Part shown: one piece after another, positions 8,098 through 16,067 of the stretch
Numbering within the stretch: the first letter of the stretch is position 1
Layout: the number at the start of each line of letters is the position of its first letter
Source of the DNA: an uncultured virus (IMG/VR IMGVR_UViG_3300042290_000472)
Lineage: Duplodnaviria; Heunggongvirae; Uroviricota; Caudoviricetes
IMG/VR virus record: IMGVR_UViG_3300042290_000472
Length of the DNA stretch: 20,000 nt
Reading direction: 5' to 3' (one strand)
Made by a program: the position numbers and the translations under genes
The notes under the pieces: generated by a model
What the model was told of the DNA's origin: nothing
Database searches by the model: none
What the model saw: the letters and a program-made list of their open reading frames with translations, nothing else

Positions 8098-8105
8098 ATC
8101 AAAAA

Positions 8106-8128
8106 CTGGGGAGAACGGTTCTCCCCAG
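8106..8128. repeat. 23-bp palindrome, copy 5
   Basis: Identical core, immediately downstream of the predicted transcription start. Confidence 0.97.
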
Positions 8129-8169
8129 TAACCTCTCAATTTTTCTTTCATCACTAGGAGTTCTTAATC

Positions 8170-9294
8170 ATGAACAAAATGCTTTCTTTCACTCAAGTCC
8201 TCAACCTCATCGCCGCTGTTGGCGACAAGCGCACCGTCATCGTCGAGGGCGAGAACGGCATAGGCAAGACCGCGCTGTTCCACGCGCTCAAGAAGCACCC
8301 CAAGTTCGCTGGCCACATCGCAGTTGACCCTGTCGATTGCACACAGCTCTCCGATGGTTCTGTGTGGATGCCTGACCTCGACCGCGAGAACGGCGTGTCA
8401 CGTGAGTTGCCAAACGAGCGCTTCGGTGTATCGCGCACCAATCAGATGGGTGTCAACGATGCCAAGCCAATCATGGTGTTCCTCGACGAGATCGCCAAGG
8501 CTCCGCAGTTCATCAAGAACGTGCTGGCCCCGATCATCTACGAGCGCCGCGTTGGCAACTACCACATGCCCGAGGGTAGCGTGGTGTTCTGTGCAACCAA
8601 CTTGGCTGTTGAGGGTCTTGGCGATAGCATTCAGGCGCACCTGCGCAACCGTCTCGTGTTCGTCAAGATGCGCAAGCCTACCGCTGGCGAGTGGGTGCAG
8701 TGGGCCATCGACAAGGGCGTCAACGCTTCGGTGATTGCATTCGTCAACAGCTACGCTCAGGTCATGGACTCGTTCCTCGACTACGAGAAGGGCGGCAAGC
8801 ACGAGGGCAAGGATCAGTCCAAGGACAACGGCTACATCTTCAATCCTCGCTCGATGGCACTGGCATATGCTACGCCGCGCAGCTTGGTTGCAGCGGGTGA
8901 CGTGCTCGATGCTGGTGACGGTGTGCTCGACGATGACACGCTTGAGGCTGCGTTGATCGGTACGCTGGGTGCCACGACTGCTGAGGCGCTGTCTTCATTC
9001 GTACGCTTTGGCCGTGACATCTGCTCACTCGAACGTGTGCTCAAAGACCCTGCGACTGCGCCGCTGGCCGACAACCCCACTGCGCAGCTTGTGCAGGTGT
9101 TCCAGTTCGTCTCACGCGTTGACAAGCGCGACGATGCGGCCAAGGTTGTTGAGTACGTGCTGCGCATGCGCACAGAGATGCAGTCGATCTTCTGCAACAG
9201 CGTGGCCAACTCGTCCAACATTGCGCACTATGTGTCGTTGACGAACTTCGGTTCGCTCTTGGCATCGCACAAGATTTTCTTCAGCACGAAGTAA
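8170..9294 (+). CDS. MoxR-like AAA+ ATPase
   Basis: Walker A GENGIGKT, Walker B VFLDE, sensor-1 ATN, arginine finger LRNR, sensor-2-like TPRS. Confidence 0.9.
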   Translation: MNKMLSFTQVLNLIAAVGDKRTVIVEGENGIGKTALFHALKKHPKFAGHIAVDPVDCTQLSDGSVWMPDLDRENGVSRELPNERFGVSRTNQMGVNDAKPIMVFLDEIAKAPQFIKNVLAPIIYERRVGNYHMPEGSVVFCATNLAVEGLGDSIQAHLRNRLVFVKMRKPTAGEWVQWAIDKGVNASVIAFVNSYAQVMDSFLDYEKGGKHEGKDQSKDNGYIFNPRSMALAYATPRSLVAAGDVLDAGDGVLDDDTLEAALIGTLGATTAEALSSFVRFGRDICSLERVLKDPATAPLADNPTAQLVQVFQFVSRVDKRDDAAKVVEYVLRMRTEMQSIFCNSVANSSNIAHYVSLTNFGSLLASHKIFFSTK

Positions 9295-9297
9295 GTC

Positions 9298-9624
9298 ATG
9301 AGCACAGTACGCGCAATGAACAAGTACGACTATGTGGATGTGGACATAGACGTCAGCAAGCTGCTGCGTACCCCGAAAGGGGCGCTGCGGCTCGACGCTA
9401 AAGCGGCGTACAAGGAGGGGTGGGCAATGCTCTCCGTGTACGGCTTCTGGCACCCCACGGTGTTGGCCGGAAGGCACGGCATCGCGCAGCGCACCATCTT
9501 GCACCGCATGTTCGTGCCGCGTGACACGCCCAAGGCGGAGAAGCACCGCATGCTGCGAACCATGTGCGATCTGTTTGCTGTGAAGCACGGCACTGAGTAC
9601 GCACTGAGGAGCAAGCTGAAATGA
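9298..9624 (+). CDS. Hypothetical basic protein
   Basis: Fills the operon gap; ATGA overlap with the next gene; start uncertain (9298 or 9316). Confidence 0.6.
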   Translation: MSTVRAMNKYDYVDVDIDVSKLLRTPKGALRLDAKAAYKEGWAMLSVYGFWHPTVLAGRHGIAQRTILHRMFVPRDTPKAEKHRMLRTMCDLFAVKHGTEYALRSKLK

Positions 9625-9974
9625 CAGCACGTTACGACAAGTCGCAGAACATCAACCTGTTTTGCCGTAACGCTGACGGCGAGATCGTGATCGTGTCCAA
9701 GGTGTGGCTGACCGCATCGAAGGGCAAGGCAGCTGTCTCGCTGTATGCAGGGCGCGGCATCAAGGACAAGGCCCTGCGCCTTGTTCACCGTGAGTTCTTC
9801 GACAAGGCCACGCACACCAAGGACATGGTGATCGCAGCACGTGACACCGTCGCGTTCTTGTGGGCCATGCACTTCGGTGTGTCTGACTTTGTCGTGATCC
9901 ACCACGAACCAAAGATGTCGGAGCTTTACCATCCGACCGAACTGAACCTTAAACAACAGGAGAAGCAACCATGA
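9621..9974 (+). CDS. Hypothetical protein (117 aa)
   Basis: GAGGAG upstream; ATGA overlaps at both ends. Confidence 0.65.
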   Translation: MTARYDKSQNINLFCRNADGEIVIVSKVWLTASKGKAAVSLYAGRGIKDKALRLVHREFFDKATHTKDMVIAARDTVAFLWAMHFGVSDFVVIHHEPKMSELYHPTELNLKQQEKQP

Positions 9975-11155
9975 GCTTTGACAAACTTACCCCCAACCAG
10001 AAAATCCAAGCGTGCAACATCGACGTGATGCGTCACCACAAGTTCGCGCTGCTGTCCGGCATCGTGTGCATGGGCAAGTCCGAGGCATGTGATGACATGC
10101 CCACTGCTGCAACCAACGGCAAGGACAAGCTGTACGGCACAGCGTTCATCAGTGACCTGACACGCAAGGAGCTGCGCTTCGTTGTGCTGCACGAGAACTT
10201 CCACGTGGCGCTCAAGCACTGCGTCTTGCCAGCGTACATTGGGTACAGCAAGCGCTTCGGTCCGCAGATCAACAACGCGGCCATGGACTACGTGGTCAAC
10301 GGCCTGATCGACGAGCTTGACCCTGAGCGCAAGTTCATGGATTTCCCCGCCAAGATCAAGATTCTGTTCGACGAGAAGTTCAAGGGCATGTCGTACCCGC
10401 AGGTGCTGCAAGAGTTGCTCAAGGATGCCGACGAACAGCCGCAGGCCATGGACGACCACCAGATGAACGGCGAGGGTGGTGGTGACCCCATGACACCCGA
10501 GGAGTCCGAGAAGCTGGGCAAGATGGTCGACGATGCCAACCGCCAAGGCGAGTTGCTTGTGCGCAAGATGCGTGGCGATAAAGAGGGTGGCCGTGACATC
10601 CTTGGCACAGCGCAGGAGCGCGTGACCAACTGGCGTGATGCGTTGCAGGACTTCATCAGTTCTGTGTGCGTTGGCGACGAGAACTCACGCTTTTGCCCAC
10701 CCAACAAGCGCTTGCTTGCGTCCGGCTTCATCATGCCTTCGCACTTCGACGAGAACATTGGCGAGATCGTCATTGCGTGCGACACGTCAGGCTCCATGCA
10801 CTGGGCGTACCCTGTTGTGTTCGGTGAAGTGGCGCGTATCGTGCAGAACACACGACCAGACAGCGTGCGCATGTTGTGGTGGGACACGGAGGTGTGCGGC
10901 GATCAGGTGTTCAAGCCCGAGCAGTACCAAGACATTGCCACGCAGCTTGCACCCAAGGGCGGTGGCGGCACCGTTGTGTCGTGTGTTGCTGACTACGTGG
11001 CCGAGCACAAGATCAAGGCCAAGGCTGTCATCATGCTGACCGATGGCTACATCGAGTCCGACTACCGCATGACCGACATGCCGACCTTGTGGGGTGTCGT
11101 GGACAACGAAGACTTCATGCCACGCGCAGGCAAGGTGTTGAGGATTCGTCCATGA
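9971..11155 (+). CDS. DUF2201-type putative metallopeptidase with a vWA domain
   Basis: N-terminal TAATNG and HENFH (HExxH); C-terminal MIDAS elements DTSGS, GGGGT and LTDG. Confidence 0.9.
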   Translation: MSFDKLTPNQKIQACNIDVMRHHKFALLSGIVCMGKSEACDDMPTAATNGKDKLYGTAFISDLTRKELRFVVLHENFHVALKHCVLPAYIGYSKRFGPQINNAAMDYVVNGLIDELDPERKFMDFPAKIKILFDEKFKGMSYPQVLQELLKDADEQPQAMDDHQMNGEGGGDPMTPEESEKLGKMVDDANRQGELLVRKMRGDKEGGRDILGTAQERVTNWRDALQDFISSVCVGDENSRFCPPNKRLLASGFIMPSHFDENIGEIVIACDTSGSMHWAYPVVFGEVARIVQNTRPDSVRMLWWDTEVCGDQVFKPEQYQDIATQLAPKGGGGTVVSCVADYVAEHKIKAKAVIMLTDGYIESDYRMTDMPTLWGVVDNEDFMPRAGKVLRIRP

Positions 11156-11379
11156 GCGAGCCCGAGCTGGTCAAGTGGAGACTGTTCAAGCCCCCCACGG
11201 AGGACATGTTTGACTTCCGGGTCAGGCGTCAGCACTTCGGGACACCTTACATGTACGCAGTGGAGGCCAAGTGCCGTAGCAGCGGCACCACGTACGTGCT
11301 GGCTGCGTTCACCACCAGCGCACCTCTCACCAACGCGCTGCGTGATACGTGCATCAACCTTGTGAGGTGTGCAGCATGA
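11152..11379 (+). CDS. Hypothetical protein (75 aa)
   Basis: GAGGA RBS, ATGA coupling. Confidence 0.6.
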   Translation: MSEPELVKWRLFKPPTEDMFDFRVRRQHFGTPYMYAVEAKCRSSGTTYVLAAFTTSAPLTNALRDTCINLVRCAA

Positions 11380-11633
11380 GCAAAGGCATTGACTTCGACT
11401 TCCGCCCGAGGGGGCAGTACCGACGAGGGGAGCGCCCCCTTTTTGTCAGGCCCCCGTTCAACCAATCAGGGCAGATCATCTACGGCACCTACTCGGAGCC
11501 GGGCTTTAGCCCACCAGTCGTGGCATTCATGCACGACTTCTACGCAGTCAGCGCTGACGAGCAACGGCAGATGGTGCAGAGCACCATACTGCTTTGCGAA
11601 ATGATGTACCAACAACAGGAGAACCAACCATGA
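11376..11633 (+). CDS. Hypothetical protein (85 aa)
   Basis: GAGG RBS, ATGA coupling. Confidence 0.6.
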   Translation: MSKGIDFDFRPRGQYRRGERPLFVRPPFNQSGQIIYGTYSEPGFSPPVVAFMHDFYAVSADEQRQMVQSTILLCEMMYQQQENQP

Positions 11634-11860
11634 ACCAACCGATACCCAACGCACTGGCCAACACGGTCTTGCTCGCAGATCACGACGAGGCAATACAACG
11701 CGCAGTCGTCGATGCAGTGGAGAAGATCGTTGTGAACTACTTGCAGGTCCACATGCACGAAGTCAGCACCAATATTGTCTCGTACCAACAAGCCCAAATT
11801 GAGCGCATCGCACTGCGCGCAGTCAAGCAACACTTCACCAACGCATCCAACATTTACTAA
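11630..11860 (+). CDS. Hypothetical protein (76 aa)
   Basis: AGGAGAACCAACC-ATG start. Confidence 0.7.
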   Translation: MNQPIPNALANTVLLADHDEAIQRAVVDAVEKIVVNYLQVHMHEVSTNIVSYQQAQIERIALRAVKQHFTNASNIY

Positions 11861-11872
11861 GGAGAACCAACC

Positions 11873-12751
11873 ATGAACACAACTCGCTACAACATCGACA
11901 CCTGCGCCATGCTCACCGAATTCAACGCCAGCGTGTGGACCGCACGCAAGCTGGACAGGGGCGCAACAGACGAGATCGTCACATCCAAGAACGCTGCGGC
12001 CAAGGATGCAGCACGCGTCAACAAGCACCTGCTTGCAGGGCGCACAGAGCTGGAGGTTATTCAACAGATGATCGGCCGTGCTCGCACCTACGTGTACGAC
12101 CACACGCTGCCATGGTCTGACTCGGGCCTGCGCTTGCTGCCTACTGCCAACTTCGAGCGCTTCGCTACCAAGATGAACGACTTCGAGGACGAGTTCGCAA
12201 TGATGGTCGAGTCGTTCGTCAACATCTACCCCACGCTCATTACAGCGCAGGCCATGGCCTTGGGTGATATGTTTCAGCGCAACGACTTCCCCTCACAGAA
12301 CGAGATCATGACCAAGTTTGCCTTCCGTGTGAACTACCTGCCCGTGCCTACGGCGGGTGACTTCCGTGTGGATGTGGGCAACGCTGCGATGGACGACATC
12401 AAGGCCAAGCTCGAACGTGTGGCACAAGAGCGTGTGGACGCGGCCATGCAGGACGTGCGCCAGCGTATCGGTGACCACCTCAAGCGCATGTCGGACCGCC
12501 TCACTACCGACTACGTGCAGGGTGAAGCCAAGCCTCGCAGGTTCCACGACAGCCTTGTCGATGGTGCCTTGGAGCTGTGCGACTTGACCAAGACGCTCAA
12601 CGTGGTCAATGATCTGGACCTCGAAGCCGCACGCAGCGCGTTGGAGAAGGCACTGTGCGGTATCGCACCCACCGACCTGCGCAAAGATGAAGCGCTGCGC
12701 CAAGACACCAAGAAAGCCGTCGATGACATCCTCAACAAATTCTCCTTTTAA
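11873..12751 (+). CDS. DUF3150-like helical phage protein
   Basis: Motifs SVWTARKLD, VNKHLL, TLPWSDSGLRLLP and FPSQNEIMTKFAF are typical of this family; strong RBS. Confidence 0.7.
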   Translation: MNTTRYNIDTCAMLTEFNASVWTARKLDRGATDEIVTSKNAAAKDAARVNKHLLAGRTELEVIQQMIGRARTYVYDHTLPWSDSGLRLLPTANFERFATKMNDFEDEFAMMVESFVNIYPTLITAQAMALGDMFQRNDFPSQNEIMTKFAFRVNYLPVPTAGDFRVDVGNAAMDDIKAKLERVAQERVDAAMQDVRQRIGDHLKRMSDRLTTDYVQGEAKPRRFHDSLVDGALELCDLTKTLNVVNDLDLEAARSALEKALCGIAPTDLRKDEALRQDTKKAVDDILNKFSF

Positions 12752-12761
12752 GTTGGAAGGC

Positions 12762-13202
12762 TTGAAGATAGACACGGTGCCATTAGCTAGGGGTTTCCTA
12801 CCGCAAGCGACTTGGTACGCACGCTTCGTTCTTGCTGATACGAGACGGATCGCGGAGCTGACATCGTGGCGCGACAAGATAGGCGTTGTTGGCTTCATCG
12901 AGATGGCGCAGCGCTCTTGGCTCAACCCGGACAAAATCGGATACAGCGCACGTATCGGGAGCTTCAGCGTGCGTGTTGAACTCGGAGACTATGTTATCGA
13001 CGACGCGCTGAACTTAGAGGACGCGTTGTGGTTCGCATGCAGGGAACTCAACCCAATGCTGGAGACGTTCACCACGTTGTTCGGCATCAAGAACGACATC
13101 GACATCGTTGTCGAACACGGGCTTCGGCCTGTCAACAAGCTGTTGCACAACATCGTGCAACCTTTTAGGCAAACAACTCCGAAAGGAAGGTTCACACTAT
13201 GA
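12762..13202 (+). CDS. Hypothetical protein (probable TTG start)
   Basis: In frame with ORF 12609-13202; GGAAGG precedes TTG 12762; fills the gap between neighbours. Confidence 0.55.
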   Translation: MKIDTVPLARGFLPQATWYARFVLADTRRIAELTSWRDKIGVVGFIEMAQRSWLNPDKIGYSARIGSFSVRVELGDYVIDDALNLEDALWFACRELNPMLETFTTLFGIKNDIDIVVEHGLRPVNKLLHNIVQPFRQTTPKGRFTL

Positions 13203-13360
13203 ACACGAAATTCTTGACCCTCGCCCGTAAGAACTTCTGCAACGACTGGGCACCAGTCCATGTGCAGCGACACAACATGCGCCAGTGGGCTCGCTCGCTG
13301 CGCCTGCTCGGAAACAAGTGGCTCCTCGCCGTACCCATCAACCAGATCGCAACCAAGTAA
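13199..13360 (+). CDS. Small hypothetical phage protein (53 aa)
   Basis: Manual translation MNTKFLTLARKNFCNDWAPVHVQRHNMRQWARSLRLLGNKWLLAVPINQIATK; AGGAAGG RBS; ATGA overlap. Confidence 0.7.
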   Translation: MNTKFLTLARKNFCNDWAPVHVQRHNMRQWARSLRLLGNKWLLAVPINQIATK

Positions 13361-13372
13361 GGAACATTCATC

Positions 13373-13942
13373 ATGCCAGACATCAAGACCGCGTTTGAGC
13401 AAGCGCTCGCAAAAGCCCAACCCGATCCGCAACTGCCCGCCGATTGGGACGACGAAGGCGGCGAAGCCGCTATCGAATCCATCACCACCAAAGCCAAGGA
13501 GGCAACCATGCCCAGACAGTTCTTCACCACAACCAACAACGTGACACGCGCCACGTTCGATTACATCGTCAAGCACCCCGGCAAGACCCGCAAAGAAATT
13601 CTCAACGCGCTCGAAGCGCAAGGCTACAAACAGGGCTCCACGTCCTCACTGATAGGCCAGTTCACAAAGCAAGGGCACATCGTCAACCGTGACGGCTTTA
13701 TATTTGCACAACATTCGGAGTACAAGCCCTTGAAGACACAGCGGAGCAAGGCCGATCAAACCCCCGCACCAAAGGCAGCAAAGGCAGCAAAACCAAAAGC
13801 CAAACCGGAAGTCAAGACAGAAGCCGCGCCGCAGGTCAACACTTTTGACTTGGTGTGGAACGCGGAGAATTTGCTCAACAGCTTGAGCATCAAGCAAGCC
13901 CGTGCGCTGTACGATGAGCTGCGCAAAATCTTCGGGGGTTGA
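13373..13942 (+). CDS. Putative winged-helix DNA-binding protein
   Basis: ATFDYIVKHPGKTRKEILNALEAQGYKQGSTSSLIGQFTKQGHIVNRDG has a wHTH-like pattern, followed by a Lys/Ala/Pro-rich linker. Confidence 0.6.
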   Translation: MPDIKTAFEQALAKAQPDPQLPADWDDEGGEAAIESITTKAKEATMPRQFFTTTNNVTRATFDYIVKHPGKTRKEILNALEAQGYKQGSTSSLIGQFTKQGHIVNRDGFIFAQHSEYKPLKTQRSKADQTPAPKAAKAAKPKAKPEVKTEAAPQVNTFDLVWNAENLLNSLSIKQARALYDELRKIFGG

Positions 13943-13943
13943 T

Positions 13944-14036
13944 ATGCGCGAATGCCAACACCGATGGGAGCCCATCACTGGGCCGGGTATGTACAAGTGC
14001 GCCCGATGCGGCGCGTTCAGGAGGATCATCAAATGA
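13944..14036 (+). CDS. 30-aa mini zinc-ribbon protein
   Basis: Manual translation MRECQHRWEPITGPGMYKCARCGAFRRIIK (CxH...CxxC); tightly packed between neighbours. Confidence 0.55.
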   Translation: MRECQHRWEPITGPGMYKCARCGAFRRIIK

Positions 14037-14143
14037 ACGAAGACGAAGACAAGCCAACCCCGGCTGACGGGCAGTTGATCTGGATACTGTGGGCCTTCAT
14101 CGTGCTGATGCTGGGCCTGTTGACATTGAGGAGTTGTTTATGA
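14033..14143 (+). CDS. 36-aa membrane peptide
   Basis: AGGAGG RBS; hydrophobic stretch LIWILWAFIVLMLGLLTL. Confidence 0.6.
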   Translation: MNEDEDKPTPADGQLIWILWAFIVLMLGLLTLRSCL

Positions 14144-14394
14144 GAGATGTGATTGAGATGGCGCGTAGAGCAGGTGCTGTATTTCCTTTAGATGGGAGCT
14201 ACCACACGTTTGAGCGCCGCGAAGACCTTGAAGCCTTTGCCGAGCTTGTTCGTGCTGATGAGCGTGAGGCGTGTGCAAAGGTGTGTGAAGGTTGGGATTT
14301 TGTCCCGGGTGGTCACGAGTTCACCCCACAGCAATTGACCAAAAACCTGACCGAAACCATTGCGAGACACATCCGAGCAAGGGGGAACACATGA
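14140..14394 (+). CDS. Hypothetical phage protein with EREACAKVCE motif
   Basis: LEAFAELVRADEREACAKVCE is a motif common in small proteobacterial phage proteins; GAGGAG RBS. Confidence 0.75.
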   Translation: MRDVIEMARRAGAVFPLDGSYHTFERREDLEAFAELVRADEREACAKVCEGWDFVPGGHEFTPQQLTKNLTETIARHIRARGNT

Positions 14395-14546
14395 CCAAAG
14401 AAGACGCACTCAAACTGATCAAGCTGCTGTCCGCGATGGAGAGCTGGGCGTTCAGCACCAAGACCCAACTGCCTGACTACCTGCACGAAGACCTGTGTCT
14501 TTCTGTGGAGAAGTTGGAGAAAATTGTTTTGAAGGAGAAGCCGTGA
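14391..14546 (+). CDS. Hypothetical protein (51 aa)
   Basis: Overlapping start and stop with both neighbours. Confidence 0.6.
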   Translation: MTKEDALKLIKLLSAMESWAFSTKTQLPDYLHEDLCLSVEKLEKIVLKEKP

Positions 14547-15022
14547 GAAAGCGTAGCAAGTACAAACCCCGGCAGATCATCCCGGACACCATGACGTGGG
14601 TGCGTGCGGGCCTGAAAAAAGTTGACGAGATCAGCGCAGGCACCACGCTCAAAATCCGCAACCACGATGCCATGAACAACCTGCGCCTTGGCGCAGCCAC
14701 GCGCTTCGACATCGACGCACTGATTGACGCTGCAAACATCACCGAAGCGCTGGCCAACCGGGGCATAGGCGAGGACTGGAAGCCGGAGATACGCGCCGGT
14801 CAAGATGCCATCCTTGCGCTGGCCCGCCGGGGTGTGGCCAACAGCTTTCGGTTTGTCGCCAAAGGCCCGGAGCTTGTGGCTTTGAACCTGCTCATTGAGG
14901 TTCATGATGCGCAGCTTGAGACCGTGACCGTCAAGCAGCTTGAGACCGCCATGGCCGATGTCATGGAGAGCTTGCGCTTGAAGAAGATGCGCCCTATTGT
15001 GGAGGCCCCGCATGCCGTTTGA
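14543..15022 (+). CDS. Hypothetical phage protein (159 aa)
   Basis: AAGGAG RBS, GTG start (MRKRSKYKPRQIIPD). Confidence 0.75.
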   Translation: MRKRSKYKPRQIIPDTMTWVRAGLKKVDEISAGTTLKIRNHDAMNNLRLGAATRFDIDALIDAANITEALANRGIGEDWKPEIRAGQDAILALARRGVANSFRFVAKGPELVALNLLIEVHDAQLETVTVKQLETAMADVMESLRLKKMRPIVEAPHAV

Positions 15023-15076
15023 CATACAATCCAAGACTGGACAAACACGAACAGTAATAACTTCAGGAGTAGCAAC

Positions 15077-15316
15077 ATGACACAGACAACAGCCGACACC
15101 GTGCAGATCGGCGGCACGCACTACAAAGACATGGGCATGCAGCCTTGGCATGTCATGGAGGCGGTACTCACGCCCGAAGAATTCAAAGGTTTCCTCAAAG
15201 GGAACATCATCAAATACGCCATGCGTCAGGGCAAGAAAGAAGGCACTGACGACGGCAACAAAGCCCAGCACTACAAGATGAAGCTGGACGAAATTTGTAG
15301 CAAACACGAGAGCTGA
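15077..15316 (+). CDS. DUF3310 protein (T7 gp1.7 / SaV-like nucleotide kinase domain)
   Basis: QIGGTHYK...QPW...GFLKGNIIKYAMRQGKKEGTDDGNKAQHY. Confidence 0.88.
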   Translation: MTQTTADTVQIGGTHYKDMGMQPWHVMEAVLTPEEFKGFLKGNIIKYAMRQGKKEGTDDGNKAQHYKMKLDEICSKHES

Positions 15317-15345
15317 GTTCATGGTTGCACAACGCGTACAAGCCC

Positions 15346-15449
15346 GGTAGATGCAAGTACGCTTTGTCGGTGAGAGGGCGCTCAGCTCGCGTTACCCAGC
15401 TCACCAACTCCTCACAGCGGCGGGGGCGCTGAATCTACCCGTACCCCCG
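15346..15449 (+). ncRNA. Candidate structured RNA with a pseudoknot
   Basis: Nested complementary segments GGTAGAT/ATCTACC, GGTGAG/CTCACC and CAGCG/CGCTG, plus loop CGGGGG complementary to downstream CCCCCG, in an intergenic gap. Confidence 0.5.
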
Positions 15450-15481
15450 ATCTTTTACCAACACATCACGGAGAAGCAACC

Positions 15482-15787
15482 ATGGCATCAACGCCAGAAG
15501 CACTGGTCAAAAAGAAGATCAGAAAAATACTTGACGCCGAGGGCGTCTACTACGCCATGCCTATCGGCACAGGCTACGGCAACAGCGGCGTGCCCGACTT
15601 CCTGTGCTGCGTTGCAGGCAGGTTTGTGGCCATCGAGGCCAAGGCAGGCAAAGGCACAACCACCGCGCTGCAAGAAGACCACCTAGCCAGAATCACGGAG
15701 TCTCGCGGCGTGGCAATGGTCATCAACGAGCAGAACCTCTACACGCTGGAGCCGTTGATTCACTTCATACGGGGGCGCGATGAATAA
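15482..15787 (+). CDS. VRR-NUC domain nuclease
   Basis: TPEALVKK...GVPDFLCC...FVAIEAKAGKGTTTALQ: PD-(D/E)xK VRR-NUC signature. Confidence 0.9.
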   Translation: MASTPEALVKKKIRKILDAEGVYYAMPIGTGYGNSGVPDFLCCVAGRFVAIEAKAGKGTTTALQEDHLARITESRGVAMVINEQNLYTLEPLIHFIRGRDE

Positions 15788-16067
15788 AGACATTGCAAAC
15801 AAAGCGGTGGAGGCCATCACGAAGGCCGCGCAGGACATGACCACGCAACAGAAGGAACACTTCGCCAGCGTGCTGACGTTGCTGGCAACGTGTTATGGAA
15901 AAGATGCGACGTTCGGCGGCGTGTTGATCCTGTCTGACGGCGCAAAGAGTGTCCTTGTCGGCATCAACGCCAACGAGTTTGAAGTGGCGGGCCTTATCAG
16001 CGAAGCCCACGAACTTATCGTCAACGAAATCAAAGTAGAGGCTCCCGACCACGGGATGTACAACTGA
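15780..16067 (+). CDS. Hypothetical protein (95 aa)
   Basis: Overlaps the VRR-NUC stop; its stop overlaps the polymerase start (TGATG). Confidence 0.7.
   Translation: MNKDIANKAVEAITKAAQDMTTQQKEHFASVLTLLATCYGKDATFGGVLILSDGAKSVLVGINANEFEVAGLISEAHELIVNEIKVEAPDHGMYN

Noticed and set aside
1673..8128. Palindromic repeats as a CRISPR array
   Set aside because: Spacing is about 0.5-4 kb with whole genes in between, not regular 30-40 bp spacers.
11426..11444. AGGGG-AGCGC-CCCCT-TTTT terminator-like hairpin
   Set aside because: Short stem inside a translationally coupled ORF; not enough support.
15351..15686. ORF overlapping the candidate ncRNA
   Set aside because: No RBS, and it overlaps the VRR-NUC gene out of frame.
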